A stretch of DNA of 64,000 bases, from contig CAVXGR010000018.1 in assembly GCA_963761335.1 (NCBI GenBank), forward strand, positions 768,001 through 832,000, given 5' to 3'. This stretch comes from an uncultured delta proteobacterium (GTDB lineage Bacteria; Desulfobacterota; Binatia; HRBIN30; BPIQ01). Under the pieces are notes generated by a model. That model had not been told where the DNA came from and searched no databases. It saw only the letters and a program-made list of their open reading frames with translations. The position numbers and the translations under genes are program-made. Shown here piece by piece: positions 1 to 10,187 of the stretch (positions are counted from its first letter, which is position 1; every line of letters starts with the position of its first letter).

Positions 1-1
1 C

Positions 2-1606
2 CTGACGTCCACCGGCCAGAGCACCGCCTCGTCGAGCCACGCGATCGACCTCGCACAGCACAAGCTCGCTCCGCTCTGCCCGTTCAACACTCCTTGCGGG
101 GTCATCGGCGCCGGCGCGCCGCAGGCGCTCTTCCAGACCGAACGGGTGGATCCGAGCGGCGGGTCGGAGATGCAGTATGCCTTTTCCGTAACCAACGGCG
201 ATTTCGTCGAGATCAACCTTTTCCTCGCCGAAACAGACAGCGCGATCACCAAGACCGGGCAGCGAGTCTTCAACGTCAAGGTGGAGGGCGCGGTCCCGAG
301 TGTATTCTCGAAGATCGACCAGCTGACCCAGGCCGATGTGGTTCAGTACCGCGGCGTGCGCTTGTCATATGTGCAGCACATGTCGGACAACACGCTCAAC
401 CTCGAGTTCGACCACGTCACCGGAGATCCGGCGATCAAGGGGATCGAGATTCGATCCCTGAGAGGAAACTTCGCGGCCCGCGGTCTGCTCACGTCGACGA
501 ACCAGCGGCGTCCGGGCGCATGTCTGACGCTGGACGACACCGGGGCCATCGTCAGCAACACGAGCAACTTCCACCTCGTCTGGCAGGCCGACGGCGACCT
601 GGTGATCAACAATCCGCAAGGCTTGGCCATTTGGAGAGCGGGCACCGACAACGCGTCCCACGGCGGCAACGGCGGGGCTCAGCTCTGCTTTCAGACGGAC
701 GGCAATCTGGTGATCTATTCGGCCGCAGGAGACGCGCTGTTCGCGTCGAATACCTCCGACGGAGCACACAAGGGGAACGGGGGAACTTTCATGTCCCTGC
801 AAGACAACTGCGACCTGATCATCACCCAGTACTCTCACCAGATCATGTTCCAGACGAACACCACCTGCTCGACGACTCCGCTTCCAACCTTCACGCCGAC
901 GCCGACACCGCGCAACACCCCGACCATCACCAGGACTGCGACCATGACGCCGACGCCGACGCGCACCCCGACCGCCTCGCACACCCCGACACCGACGCCG
1001 ACGATCACCTCAACCCGAACCATCACCCCGACCCGAACGGTGACCCCCACTCCGAGCTCCACGGCGACCCCGACGGTGACACCGACCTCCACGGCGACGC
1101 CAACGAGCACGCCGAGCTTCACGCCGGTGCCGACCGGCACCGCGACCGCCATCCCGATCCCGACCAACACGCCGACGCCGACGGATACCGCCACCCCGAC
1201 CTCCACGGCAACGGCGACGCCGCATCTGGTCGAGGTGCTGACCAACTCGCTCACCTCGACCAATCATTCGGAGCCGGCCGCCTGCCTGCAGCTTCCCGGC
1301 GACGATGGCGTCGTGCTCGACAACGGCGTGGCGCAGCTGATCTGGCGGAGCGACGGCAATCTGGTCTTGGACCAGGGAGACTCGACGCTGTGGGAATCGG
1401 GTACCTCCGACGCGGAGCTCGGCGGCAACGGCGGGCGTCAGCTCTGCTTCCCGAACAGCCTCACCATCCAGAACGGCTCCGGGACCACGCTCTTCTCCAC
1501 GGCGACGCTCGAAGGGAAAGCCTTGCGGCTGCAAGCCGACTGCAACCTGACAGTCACGAATATATCCGGCTCGGTGCTCTTTGAAACGTCGACGGTATGC
1601 AAGTAG
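2..1606 (+). CDS. 5'-truncated secreted lectin-domain protein: malectin-like domain, bulb-type (B-)lectin, Pro/Thr linker, second B-lectin
   Basis: Frame is open from the window edge. Malectin-like motifs [24 protein letters not shown] and PAIKGIEI; B-lectin QxDxNxVxY-like repeats ([37 protein letters not shown]); long TP linker. Confidence 0.8.
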   Translation: MTSTGQSTASSSHAIDLAQHKLAPLCPFNTPCGVIGAGAPQALFQTERVDPSGGSEMQYAFSVTNGDFVEINLFLAETDSAITKTGQRVFNVKVEGAVPSVFSKIDQLTQADVVQYRGVRLSYVQHMSDNTLNLEFDHVTGDPAIKGIEIRSLRGNFAARGLLTSTNQRRPGACLTLDDTGAIVSNTSNFHLVWQADGDLVINNPQGLAIWRAGTDNASHGGNGGAQLCFQTDGNLVIYSAAGDALFASNTSDGAHKGNGGTFMSLQDNCDLIITQYSHQIMFQTNTTCSTTPLPTFTPTPTPRNTPTITRTATMTPTPTRTPTASHTPTPTPTITSTRTITPTRTVTPTPSSTATPTVTPTSTATPTSTPSFTPVPTGTATAIPIPTNTPTPTDTATPTSTATATPHLVEVLTNSLTSTNHSEPAACLQLPGDDGVVLDNGVAQLIWRSDGNLVLDQGDSTLWESGTSDAELGGNGGRQLCFPNSLTIQNGSGTTLFSTATLEGKALRLQADCNLTVTNISGSVLFETSTVCK

Positions 1607-1663
1607 AAGCGTGAACTGCTTCCACGGGAATGGGGGCTGCTTCTCGAGTGAAATGAAACTCTG

Positions 1664-4600
1664 ATGGAGGGGTCGATGAAGAGAGAGACGCGAAATGGGC
1701 GAGGTGGGAAGAGCTCGAGCAGCGACGAACGGGGAATATCGAGACGCGGCTTCCTCGTGGGCGCCGCGGCCGCGGGTGCCGCTGCGGGAATACCATCCCT
1801 GTTCATCGGCTGCGGCGACAATGACAGCGGCTTGGGAGGTGGACCACAGCCGACTCCAACTCCGGGCACCCGCCCGCGCGAGCTGCGCACCTTGGACTTC
1901 GACTTCTCCTACGGCGAGGTGGACCAGCTCCGTATCTCCGTTCTGGGCAGTAAATCGCATAAGGCTCCCGTGCAGACGCACGACGCCGATTCGCGCGCCC
2001 GCCATCGCCAGCTGAATCCCACTCTCGCCGACGTGCCGGACGAGCACCTGACGCATTACGTCGATGACGTGGACCTTCCCTCCGACGCCCTGCAGCTCGT
2101 GCGGGTCAAGGGGCGACACGTGTCCACGGGCGCCGAAGCGCTCGTCTCGATGCACATCCACCGGCCGATTGCCGCTTCGCAGGCGGCCGGACAACAGATG
2201 GCCGCGCTGGGGATCGCACCGAACCGATGGGCCCCGGCATTGGCAGCGGATGACGACGGAACCGTGATCGACGTCGACACCTACCAGAATCCCACGGTGA
2301 CGGCGGTCGCCCTGGTGTTCCACAACAACGAGCTCATCAACCTGAACGTCGACCAGGGCACGTGCATCATCGAGTTGATCCAGTCGCTGCCCTGTACGGG
2401 GGGCTCCGGATGTACGCCCTTTATCGCCACCCTGGCCGAAAAGGTAGGGGCCCAGTGGCCGGCGACGACGATGGGCGGCTGGGCGACGCTGACGCAGGTC
2501 CTCAACTCTGACGGCACACCGACCGTCGACAGCAACGGCAACCCCGTCTACCAGTACGTTCCGACCGACGACATCGCCCAGACCGCGTGCTCGATTGCGG
2601 CCCAGATCAAGAACGTGATCTTCGACGACCCCACCTACGAGGGCAACAACTACCACCCGACGGAAGGCACGACTGTCGACGACGGCTCGACCAGCGTCAG
2701 CGCGGCACGCGCCCGCGGCGTAGTGGCAGCCTCCAGCTTCAATGTGACCGGGTCTCATCCGGCCGGCACCTCGGCGCACGGCGTCAAGTTCGAGACCATC
2801 GGCGTGACCGACCAGGGTAACCGGACCGTGCAGATCGAGTTCCGCAACGCCTACGTTCGCTATCTGTCGACCTTCGTGCAGTTCGCCAACGAGGGCGGCG
2901 ACTTGCCGGTGGACAACCCGACCTCGGTCGACACCTCGCGCTCCAAGTTCATCGCCTACATCACGGCCAACTACACACTCCTCGGCATTCCCCTCACCGG
3001 AGACGACATCATCTTGTCGAACGTGGGGTTCGACGTTCCCGCCGACGCTTCGATCGCCAAGGTCTACTTCGGCAGTCTCGGTCTGGGCGGCGACGCCTTT
3101 TCCCCGGAGGCGGTCGGCGGAAGCAGCCTGACCCTCACCTTCTCCATCGGCCTGCCTGCCTTCTTCCTGGTCGCCGGCGTGGTGACGGGTACGGCCATTC
3201 AAACGACGATCCTCAAGTACCTGGCGACGTCGGACGGAATCGCGCTCGTCACTTCTCTGGCCCAGGACGCACAAGCGCAGGCCGGCGCGGACGACGGCAT
3301 CTTTGGCGGTACCGAGAGCTCGTCCAAGGCCGCGGGGAAGCTGGCCAGCATCGGCAGCGCCCTCCTGACCGGCCTGTTCGGCGGTACGGCGCAGGTCATG
3401 AAGGCGCTCACCCAGGACATCGTCGAAGAGGAGGTTTCGGAAGAAGCGGTCGAAGAATCGGCCGGCCCCTTCGGCTTGGCGTTCAAGCTGATCGCCATCG
3501 GCGCCAATCTGGCCGCCCTCGCCGAGAGTGTCGCCGAGTCGCTCGCCAGCCCCGCCATCTTCATCAACACGATCTGCCTCACGCAGACGACCACCGTGAC
3601 GGTCAACCACGACCCGAACGATTTCCGCTTTCCCGCCACGGCGCGCAACTACGAGATCATCCTCACCTACGACGGCTCGTCGGTCATCCGCAAAAGAACC
3701 GGGACGATCTCGGCCGAGGGTGTTCCCGACCCGATCGTTGAAAGCTTCGACAACGTTCCGTCGGGCGGGATGGTGACGGTAGACGTCTATCTTACGACGG
3801 ACGCCAATTGCATCGTCGGCCGCAGCACCGACGCGGATGGAAACGTCGGACCTTTTGGGCCAGTTTCGGGCACCCAGGCATCGATTTCCCTGACCATCAA
3901 GGAGCTGCTGGTTCCGCTTACGGCCGACACCGAGTACAACCACGTGCTCAAGCTCGAGTATCAGAATGGCGAGCACGTATGGGCGGAGACCGCCGCGCCC
4001 ACCGCCACCTTGGCGAATCTCTGCGCCGGTCAGGACAACGCCCTCTGCGATCTGAACGAGATCACCATCGGCCAGAGAACCGGCATGGCCGGATACAGCT
4101 TCCAGGCGGGCGGACAGAACATCGATCTGTGCGACGGCGGCGCGGCGTCCATCCAGCAAGTGATCCAGAACGTCTTCCTCGGCGCGAATGCGCAGAGCGG
4201 TTTCAAGCAGCTCTCCTGTGGGTTCACCCAGCCGGTGGGGATCGTCTACGAGCGGCTCGGCTCGCCCGATGGCAAAGGGATGAACTTCTTCCTGGAGCCG
4301 ACGCCGAGCAGCTTTCTGGTGAAGTCGATCGTCGCCGACACCTCCACGCCCTTCGACGTGAGCACCGCACAGGCCTGGGGACAGTTCAGCGAGCCGCTCG
4401 ACTCCATCGCCGTGGTGCCCACGGGCTATCTCGTCGGCGTCAACCGCGCCAACCACAAGATGGAGATCCTCGAGCTGCCGGCCGCCGCCGTCGACAGTGA
4501 CCAGGCCCCCGGGTCGGTGGCCTTCGCCGTGCAAAAGATGGGACTGGGAACCCGCCCAGGGCTCCTCGGCTCGCCCGTGGCCCTGGCCGTGTTCGGCACC

Positions 4601-5017
4601 ACGATCCTGATCCTGGAGGACGGCAACCGCCGCATTCAGGCCGTCGACGTGTCCGGCAACCAGGTGCTGCAGTTCCAGGGGCAGAGCGCCAGCACCATCG
4701 ACCTCGCCGCCGTTGAGAGCGATCCGGCGTCGGTGGTGTACCTGGACATCGCCGTCGAAGGGCTCGGCTACATGTATGTCCTGTCCTACGCGAACGGAGG
4801 GCTGGCCGCAGACGACTACCGGCTCGACATCTGGGATCCGGATGGCAACCACCTGCTCCGCAAGACCGGGGTGGCGGCGGCGCGGATGGCGGTCGACACC
4901 TTCCGCAACGTCTACACGCTCAACTACGAGACCATCGCCGGCGCGCCGCGTGTGGAGCCGTCGCTGTCGCAGTGGGAGCCGTCGACGCCGGAGGGCTGTC
5001 CGACGCCGACGTCGTAA
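1664..5017 (+). CDS. Large Tat-exported (probably lipo)protein of unknown function with a hydrophobic central region and NHL-like C-terminal propeller
   Basis: SRRGFL twin-arginine motif, then hydrophobic stretch and FIGC lipobox-like motif; C-terminal SPVALAV...ILEDGNRRIQAVD NHL-like strands. Start could be ATG 1676. Confidence 0.75.
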   Translation: MEGSMKRETRNGRGGKSSSSDERGISRRGFLVGAAAAGAAAGIPSLFIGCGDNDSGLGGGPQPTPTPGTRPRELRTLDFDFSYGEVDQLRISVLGSKSHKAPVQTHDADSRARHRQLNPTLADVPDEHLTHYVDDVDLPSDALQLVRVKGRHVSTGAEALVSMHIHRPIAASQAAGQQMAALGIAPNRWAPALAADDDGTVIDVDTYQNPTVTAVALVFHNNELINLNVDQGTCIIELIQSLPCTGGSGCTPFIATLAEKVGAQWPATTMGGWATLTQVLNSDGTPTVDSNGNPVYQYVPTDDIAQTACSIAAQIKNVIFDDPTYEGNNYHPTEGTTVDDGSTSVSAARARGVVAASSFNVTGSHPAGTSAHGVKFETIGVTDQGNRTVQIEFRNAYVRYLSTFVQFANEGGDLPVDNPTSVDTSRSKFIAYITANYTLLGIPLTGDDIILSNVGFDVPADASIAKVYFGSLGLGGDAFSPEAVGGSSLTLTFSIGLPAFFLVAGVVTGTAIQTTILKYLATSDGIALVTSLAQDAQAQAGADDGIFGGTESSSKAAGKLASIGSALLTGLFGGTAQVMKALTQDIVEEEVSEEAVEESAGPFGLAFKLIAIGANLAALAESVAESLASPAIFINTICLTQTTTVTVNHDPNDFRFPATARNYEIILTYDGSSVIRKRTGTISAEGVPDPIVESFDNVPSGGMVTVDVYLTTDANCIVGRSTDADGNVGPFGPVSGTQASISLTIKELLVPLTADTEYNHVLKLEYQNGEHVWAETAAPTATLANLCAGQDNALCDLNEITIGQRTGMAGYSFQAGGQNIDLCDGGAASIQQVIQNVFLGANAQSGFKQLSCGFTQPVGIVYERLGSPDGKGMNFFLEPTPSSFLVKSIVADTSTPFDVSTAQAWGQFSEPLDSIAVVPTGYLVGVNRANHKMEILELPAAAVDSDQAPGSVAFAVQKMGLGTRPGLLGSPVALAVFGTTILILEDGNRRIQAVDVSGNQVLQFQGQSASTIDLAAVESDPASVVYLDIAVEGLGYMYVLSYANGGLAADDYRLDIWDPDGNHLLRKTGVAAARMAVDTFRNVYTLNYETIAGAPRVEPSLSQWEPSTPEGCPTPTS

Positions 5018-5058
5018 TGGGTGACGGACGGCCGCGATCATCAAAGGAGACAGTCAGG

Positions 5059-7518
5059 ATGGACCTTTTCCCGAATTGCCCGAGCAGAACGGCCTGGCGC
5101 CCGATCGCCGCGACACTGGCGGCCGCCCTTGCCGCGTCTCTGCTTGCCGCCTGCGGAGGCGGCGGCGGTTCCGGGTCGGTGGAATATTTTCCGCCCGGGG
5201 GTGTCTCGGAGGACATGATTGTCGGGCGGCCAGGGGCCAGGCTCAACCTCGACAATACGGTCGTGACGATGCTCGAAGCCACCGGCCACCAAAACGGTGA
5301 CACGGGGCTTGCCGATGGTGTCGACGAGTTCCCCTATCACTTCGACGTGCCGACGCAGGTTCGACTGTCTCTCGATCAATTCGACGAGGCGCCAACGCTG
5401 GTCGCACTCGACGGCTCAAAAAATGAAATCGCCCGCGTCGACGGGGAGTCGGGTGACATGACGATCACCGCCTTTGGCGAGCATACCTTTCGCTTCATCC
5501 ATCCCCGGGCGGGTGACCCGACCGCAGAGCCCATTCCGATCTTCTTCCGTCCGATTCACCCGACGACGGCCGTCGCCCAGTCCACCGTCGGTGGCGCTGC
5601 GCGAGCGGACTCCAGCGACGTCGAGACCCTGAAGGCCGGCAAGAACTGCGTGCGCTGCAACCTCCAGAACCTCAGTTGGAACGCCTGCCCGGGCGTCAGT
5701 CTGGCGGGCGTCAACCTCAGCCACGCCGACTTCACCGCGGCGGTGCTGGCGTGTCAGACCTTCGAATCCAAGGGGAGCACCCCCGTCCTGCTGAGCGGCG
5801 CGATCTTCAACGACGCCAGCCTCAGCGAGGTGACGCTGAAAGACGCGGAGCTCACCGACGCCCAGTTCAACGGAGCGATGTTCGACGTCGTTGTCTTCGA
5901 CTCGGTCACGGCAACGTCCGCCGACTTCGCCGACAGCCAGTTCGAGAACAGCTCGTTTGGGGCGGCGAAGGGTACGGCCAGCTCGGCGCGCGGAGCCGAC
6001 TTCAGCGGCGCTCAGATCATCAAGAACTCGTGCCTCTCGACCTATGACCTCCGCGCCGCCGACTTCACCGGCGCGACCTTCGATTCCACCTCCTCGGTAC
6101 ACGGCACCTGGTTCGCCGGGGCCAATCTGTTCGGCGCGACCTTCGACGGTACCAAGTTTCAATACGACTCGTCGTTGCCGGACTGCGGCCAGGCGGCGAG
6201 CTGCACCACGGTGACGGTCGACGGGTTGTGCACGAATTGTCCCTGCACGGCGAATCTCGGCTGCCTCGACTTCGCCGGCGAGACGTCCTGCGTTCAGAAC
6301 CAGGGCGCGGTAACGGTGTCGGAGGCGGCCGTGTGCGAGAGGCCCACCGTCCAGGCAGCTGCGGAAGGTGTGACCCTCCAGAACGCCGACCTCTCGAAGA
6401 TCGGCTTCAACGGAGCGGACCTGACGAACTCGACGTTCGCATCGAACACCCTGGACAGCACCAGCAGCTTCGCCGGCGCCATCCTCGCCGGTGTCGACTT
6501 CACCAAGCAGGATCTCGGGAAGTCCGTGGACCTGTCGGGAGCGTATCTGTCACTGACCACGGACTTCACCGGGGCCGGACTGTCCGATGCACCGGCGACT
6601 CAACGGGGCGTGAACTTGTCCTGCATCTCCGACAAGGGCACCGGCGGCTGCGAGTTCCCCGCCAAGACGACGGAGTTCATGGGGGCGAACATGCAGTACG
6701 CGCAGCTCGACAACGTCGGGCTCTCGGAAGCCAACCTCGAGAGCGTGAACCTCGCCAATGCGTCGCTGGTCGGTGCCGACTTGAACTTTGCCAGTCTCCA
6801 GGGAGCCAGTCTCGCCGGCGCTACGCTCGGTGTCGCACCGGGCTCCGGCTCGGCGGCGAGCCTGCGCGGCGCCTTCATGATCAACGTCGATCTCACCGAC
6901 GCCGACATGCGCAGCGTCGACTTCACGGACGCGCACCTCTACGGCGCCAGCAGTGACGCGCTCTTCGTGCGCGCCAAGCTCGACTCGGCGAATTTCAACA
7001 ATGCGATCCTGGCGGGAGCCGTGTTCACGAACGCTTCGTTGACCGATACCGTGTTCAACGGAGCGCAGCTTGCCAATGCCAGCTTCGAGGGGGCGACTCT
7101 CACCAACGCCAAGTTCGACGACGCCTATCTCCAGGGAGCCGACTTCTCGACCGCCGCCTCGGTGACCGGGATGTCGCTGTCGAACGCCGCGGTCTCGACC
7201 AATCTCACGTCGACGATGTGCACCCTGATTCCGCCGGGCGTCTGGACCTACATGGATCAGAGCGGCACACCGTACACCTATCAGTTCGGTGAAACGAAGC
7301 TGCAGACCAATGCCACGGTCATCTGTCCGGACAACGAGCCGGGGCCGTGCTCCACCGGCGACTCGCTGTGCCCGGTCATGTCGGGACCGTTTCCGCCGGT
7401 CCCCCCCTGCACCCCGGTCTCACAATATTGCTACGAGAACTGCGAGACGCCGCCCTGCTTCCTGGACACGCCCGATGCGACCACCGGGCTCTGTCCGCTG
7501 GTATCGAACTGCAGCTGA
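5059..7518 (+). CDS. Pentapeptide-repeat lipoprotein with Cys-rich inserts and tail
   Basis: AAGGAG RBS before ATG 5059; LAAC lipobox; many A(D/N)(L/F)xx repeats; CVRCNL cap motif. Confidence 0.85.
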   Translation: MDLFPNCPSRTAWRPIAATLAAALAASLLAACGGGGGSGSVEYFPPGGVSEDMIVGRPGARLNLDNTVVTMLEATGHQNGDTGLADGVDEFPYHFDVPTQVRLSLDQFDEAPTLVALDGSKNEIARVDGESGDMTITAFGEHTFRFIHPRAGDPTAEPIPIFFRPIHPTTAVAQSTVGGAARADSSDVETLKAGKNCVRCNLQNLSWNACPGVSLAGVNLSHADFTAAVLACQTFESKGSTPVLLSGAIFNDASLSEVTLKDAELTDAQFNGAMFDVVVFDSVTATSADFADSQFENSSFGAAKGTASSARGADFSGAQIIKNSCLSTYDLRAADFTGATFDSTSSVHGTWFAGANLFGATFDGTKFQYDSSLPDCGQAASCTTVTVDGLCTNCPCTANLGCLDFAGETSCVQNQGAVTVSEAAVCERPTVQAAAEGVTLQNADLSKIGFNGADLTNSTFASNTLDSTSSFAGAILAGVDFTKQDLGKSVDLSGAYLSLTTDFTGAGLSDAPATQRGVNLSCISDKGTGGCEFPAKTTEFMGANMQYAQLDNVGLSEANLESVNLANASLVGADLNFASLQGASLAGATLGVAPGSGSAASLRGAFMINVDLTDADMRSVDFTDAHLYGASSDALFVRAKLDSANFNNAILAGAVFTNASLTDTVFNGAQLANASFEGATLTNAKFDDAYLQGADFSTAASVTGMSLSNAAVSTNLTSTMCTLIPPGVWTYMDQSGTPYTYQFGETKLQTNATVICPDNEPGPCSTGDSLCPVMSGPFPPVPPCTPVSQYCYENCETPPCFLDTPDATTGLCPLVSNCS

Positions 7519-7530
7519 GGATTGCACGCC

Positions 7531-8286
7531 ATGCCGAAGGACGTGATCAACGACATCCGCTCAGGATTCCATGCAGCGCTTCGAGGCGCTCGAGGGTCGA
7601 ACCGAAGGAGGCAACCCGCCGTTGGCTCGGCGAGGCGGAAGGCAGCTTCGCTGGGCGCCGCGGCTCTGGCGATATCGCTGCTCGCCTTCTGCTCGATCGC
7701 GGGGGCGCTGGATCTCACCGGCGGGCCGTCGGACACACCGCCGGGCGGAGGCGGCTGTACGGCGAGCGGTACCCTGGCCAGGGGAACGGGTCTGACGTTG
7801 AGCTGTACCGTCACCAGTCCCGGAAATTTCGTCGACCTGTATTTCGGGATCGCCAACAACGGTGTCGCCAACGGCGTGGCGATGGACGGCACTGCGCCGT
7901 CGAGCTTCGAGATCTTCCGCTACTCGAGCAGTACGCCGAGCTCGATCACCTACACGAGCACGACGACGGTCGACGACGTCCTCGGCAGCTCTGCCGAGGA
8001 CGTGAACACGCGTCTGGTCCTGACACTCACCTCGGGGACGGGAACGGTGGTGGACACGGGAGGCACCCCGGCCAACAACGGCAGCGGAGACATCGGGAAG
8101 CTCTTTCGCATCAGCGGCGGCAGCTTCTCGGTGCACGTCGACGTGGACTCGAACACGTTGAGCATCCCCGTCTTTGGCGCCTCCAACACCAACGTGTACG
8201 ACGCCGTCCACGGGCCATCGAGCGGGGGAGGTGGCAGCATCACGGAACTGACCCTGGGCTTCTACTACAACGAATGCACACCATGA
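7531..8286 (+). CDS. Hypothetical secreted Ser/Thr/Gly-rich beta protein
   Basis: Hydrophobic signal ending IAGA; stop overlaps the next start (ATGA). Confidence 0.65.
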   Translation: MPKDVINDIRSGFHAALRGARGSNRRRQPAVGSARRKAASLGAAALAISLLAFCSIAGALDLTGGPSDTPPGGGGCTASGTLARGTGLTLSCTVTSPGNFVDLYFGIANNGVANGVAMDGTAPSSFEIFRYSSSTPSSITYTSTTTVDDVLGSSAEDVNTRLVLTLTSGTGTVVDTGGTPANNGSGDIGKLFRISGGSFSVHVDVDSNTLSIPVFGASNTNVYDAVHGPSSGGGGSITELTLGFYYNECTP

Positions 8287-10076
8287 ACGTCTCAAAGAAA
8301 AGATCGAGGAAAGTACTCCGCGATCGCCTGGCGACAAGAAAGGAAGGTCTTGTGAACCCCGCAACCTCTGCGAACCAGTCGACCCGAAACCTGAGTGCGG
8401 CGACCGTCGCCGCGCAGGCATTGGCACTGGCGTTCTTGGGGACGCTCTCGCTGATGCTGCCACCCCGCGCCATTGCCGGCACGGCACCGCTCACCATCTC
8501 GGGCACGGTCACGTACACCGGCTCGCAAGGGCCGGTCTCGGCCGCGAAGCCCATCGTCGTCTTCGCGACGAAGAGCCGGACGCTCGAGGAAGTTCCGGTG
8601 GCCATCGGTCGCGTGGAAGCGAACGGCGGCAGCTTCACGCTGACGGTACCCGAGGCCGGCGACTACTACCTGGCGTATCTCCTGGACACGAACGGGGACG
8701 GGGTGCCTGCCGTCGGCGATCCCTTCGGGATCTACGACAACCGCCTCAGCGCTCCGGGCGACCCGATCACCGTTCCGGTGAACGAGGCGCAGAGCAACCT
8801 CACGCTCACCTTCGACGATAGCGCCGGATTGCCCGGCGTCTCCGGCACCGTGACCTACACGGGAAGCATGGGCCCGGTAGACGGGACCCGACCGATTCGT
8901 GTGCAGGTGTTTCGCGAGGGCGACCTCACCGACCGCGTCGATCGGGCGCAGCGTCTGGTCGACAACGGCGATTCCTACAGCTTTCTCCTGCTCGAGCCGC
9001 GGCTGCACTACATGCAGGTGTTCCTCGATCTCAACGACAACGACGTCCGCGATCCCGGTGAGCCGTTCGAGATCTATCCCGATCGCTATGCTCTGCCGGG
9101 AGACCCGCTGCCGGAAGGTATCGCCCACGTGGATGTCGTCTTCGGGGACGGGCCCGACCCCACACCCACGCCGTCGCAGGACTTCATCCTTTCGGGAACG
9201 ATCGAGTACACGGGCTCGCGAGGTCCGGTGTCGCCCGATCGTCCCATTTTCGTGCTGCTGCTCAGCAATTCGATGTTGGACGGTGCCCCGGTTGCCGGCG
9301 CTGCAGTCACCGAGAACGGAGGCTCCTTCGCGATGGGAGCCCCGGGCCCGGGCGACTATTACCTCGTATATCTATTGGATACGAACGGCGACGGAGACCC
9401 AGCCGTCGGCGATCCGTTCGAGATCTACCAGGACCGCTTCACGACTCCCGCTGATGCGGTGACCGTACCGCAAACCGGTCTCGTGCTCAGCTTCGACGAC
9501 ACCGGCGGCCTCCCCGGAGTCCGCGGCACGGTGACCTACACGGGAAATCAGGGGCCGGTGTCGTCCAACGTGCCGATTCACGTCGATGTGTTTCGCGACG
9601 CCGAGCTGACTGACCGTCTGGACCAGAGTCAGGATCTGATGACCAACGGCGAGTTCTACCAGTTCATCCTGCTGGAGAATGTGCAGCACTACATGATGGC
9701 GTTCGTCGACCTCAACCGCAACGGGGATCGGGACTCCGGGGAGCCGTTTACGATCTACAGCGGCAAGACGTCCACCCCCGGCGATCCATTGCCCCAGCAG
9801 GGCGGCGCCGTGGTGGACATCAGCTTCGGCGACTCCGCGGGCCAAGAGACGCCCACACCGACGGTCACCGGCGAGCCGGCGACGGCAACGGTGCTGGCGG
9901 CGACGGCGACCGCCACCTCGCAGGCCACCGCGGCGCCGGGCACGCCCACGGCCACGCTGGTGCCCGCGAACACGGGGGGCTGCGAAATTCAAACGAGCGG
10001 CGGCGTCTCGTGGCCTCTGCTGCTGCCACTCGCGATCTTCGTTTTCGCGCGGCGGCGCAAGGTCGGGAGCGCCTGA
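8283..10076 (+). CDS. Surface protein with four DUF2141-like domains (ABAB) and a MYXO-CTERM/GC-CTERM-like sorting tail
   Basis: Repeats ISGTVTYTG...YYLAYLLDTNGDG and ...FLDLNDND...GEPF; C-terminus GGCEIQTSGGVSWPLLLPLAIFVFARRRK (GC motif, TM helix, RRR). Confidence 0.8.
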   Translation: MNVSKKRSRKVLRDRLATRKEGLVNPATSANQSTRNLSAATVAAQALALAFLGTLSLMLPPRAIAGTAPLTISGTVTYTGSQGPVSAAKPIVVFATKSRTLEEVPVAIGRVEANGGSFTLTVPEAGDYYLAYLLDTNGDGVPAVGDPFGIYDNRLSAPGDPITVPVNEAQSNLTLTFDDSAGLPGVSGTVTYTGSMGPVDGTRPIRVQVFREGDLTDRVDRAQRLVDNGDSYSFLLLEPRLHYMQVFLDLNDNDVRDPGEPFEIYPDRYALPGDPLPEGIAHVDVVFGDGPDPTPTPSQDFILSGTIEYTGSRGPVSPDRPIFVLLLSNSMLDGAPVAGAAVTENGGSFAMGAPGPGDYYLVYLLDTNGDGDPAVGDPFEIYQDRFTTPADAVTVPQTGLVLSFDDTGGLPGVRGTVTYTGNQGPVSSNVPIHVDVFRDAELTDRLDQSQDLMTNGEFYQFILLENVQHYMMAFVDLNRNGDRDSGEPFTIYSGKTSTPGDPLPQQGGAVVDISFGDSAGQETPTPTVTGEPATATVLAATATATSQATAAPGTPTATLVPANTGGCEIQTSGGVSWPLLLPLAIFVFARRRKVGSA

Positions 10077-10187
10077 GGGCTTGGCGGGCAAAGTGTTTCG
10101 CCGGGAGAGCGGAGAGTGGAAGCGGATCAGCGATCACGCTGATCCGCTGCCGTTTCTGCAGAAGTGACCCTCGTCACTCAGGAGGCC

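Noticed and set aside
1010..5044. 1344-aa minus-strand ORF and the many other long antisense or alternate-frame ORFs
   Set aside because: They are Arg/Gly-rich shadows of well-supported genes in high-GC DNA and have no recognisable motifs.
5059..7518. Qnr/MfpA-type quinolone resistance protein
   Set aside because: It is an exported Cys-rich lipoprotein, so it is unlikely to reach gyrase.
7347..8282. Upstream extension of the MYXO-CTERM protein
   Set aside because: It overlaps two better genes in other frames; ATGA coupling at 8283 marks the likely start.
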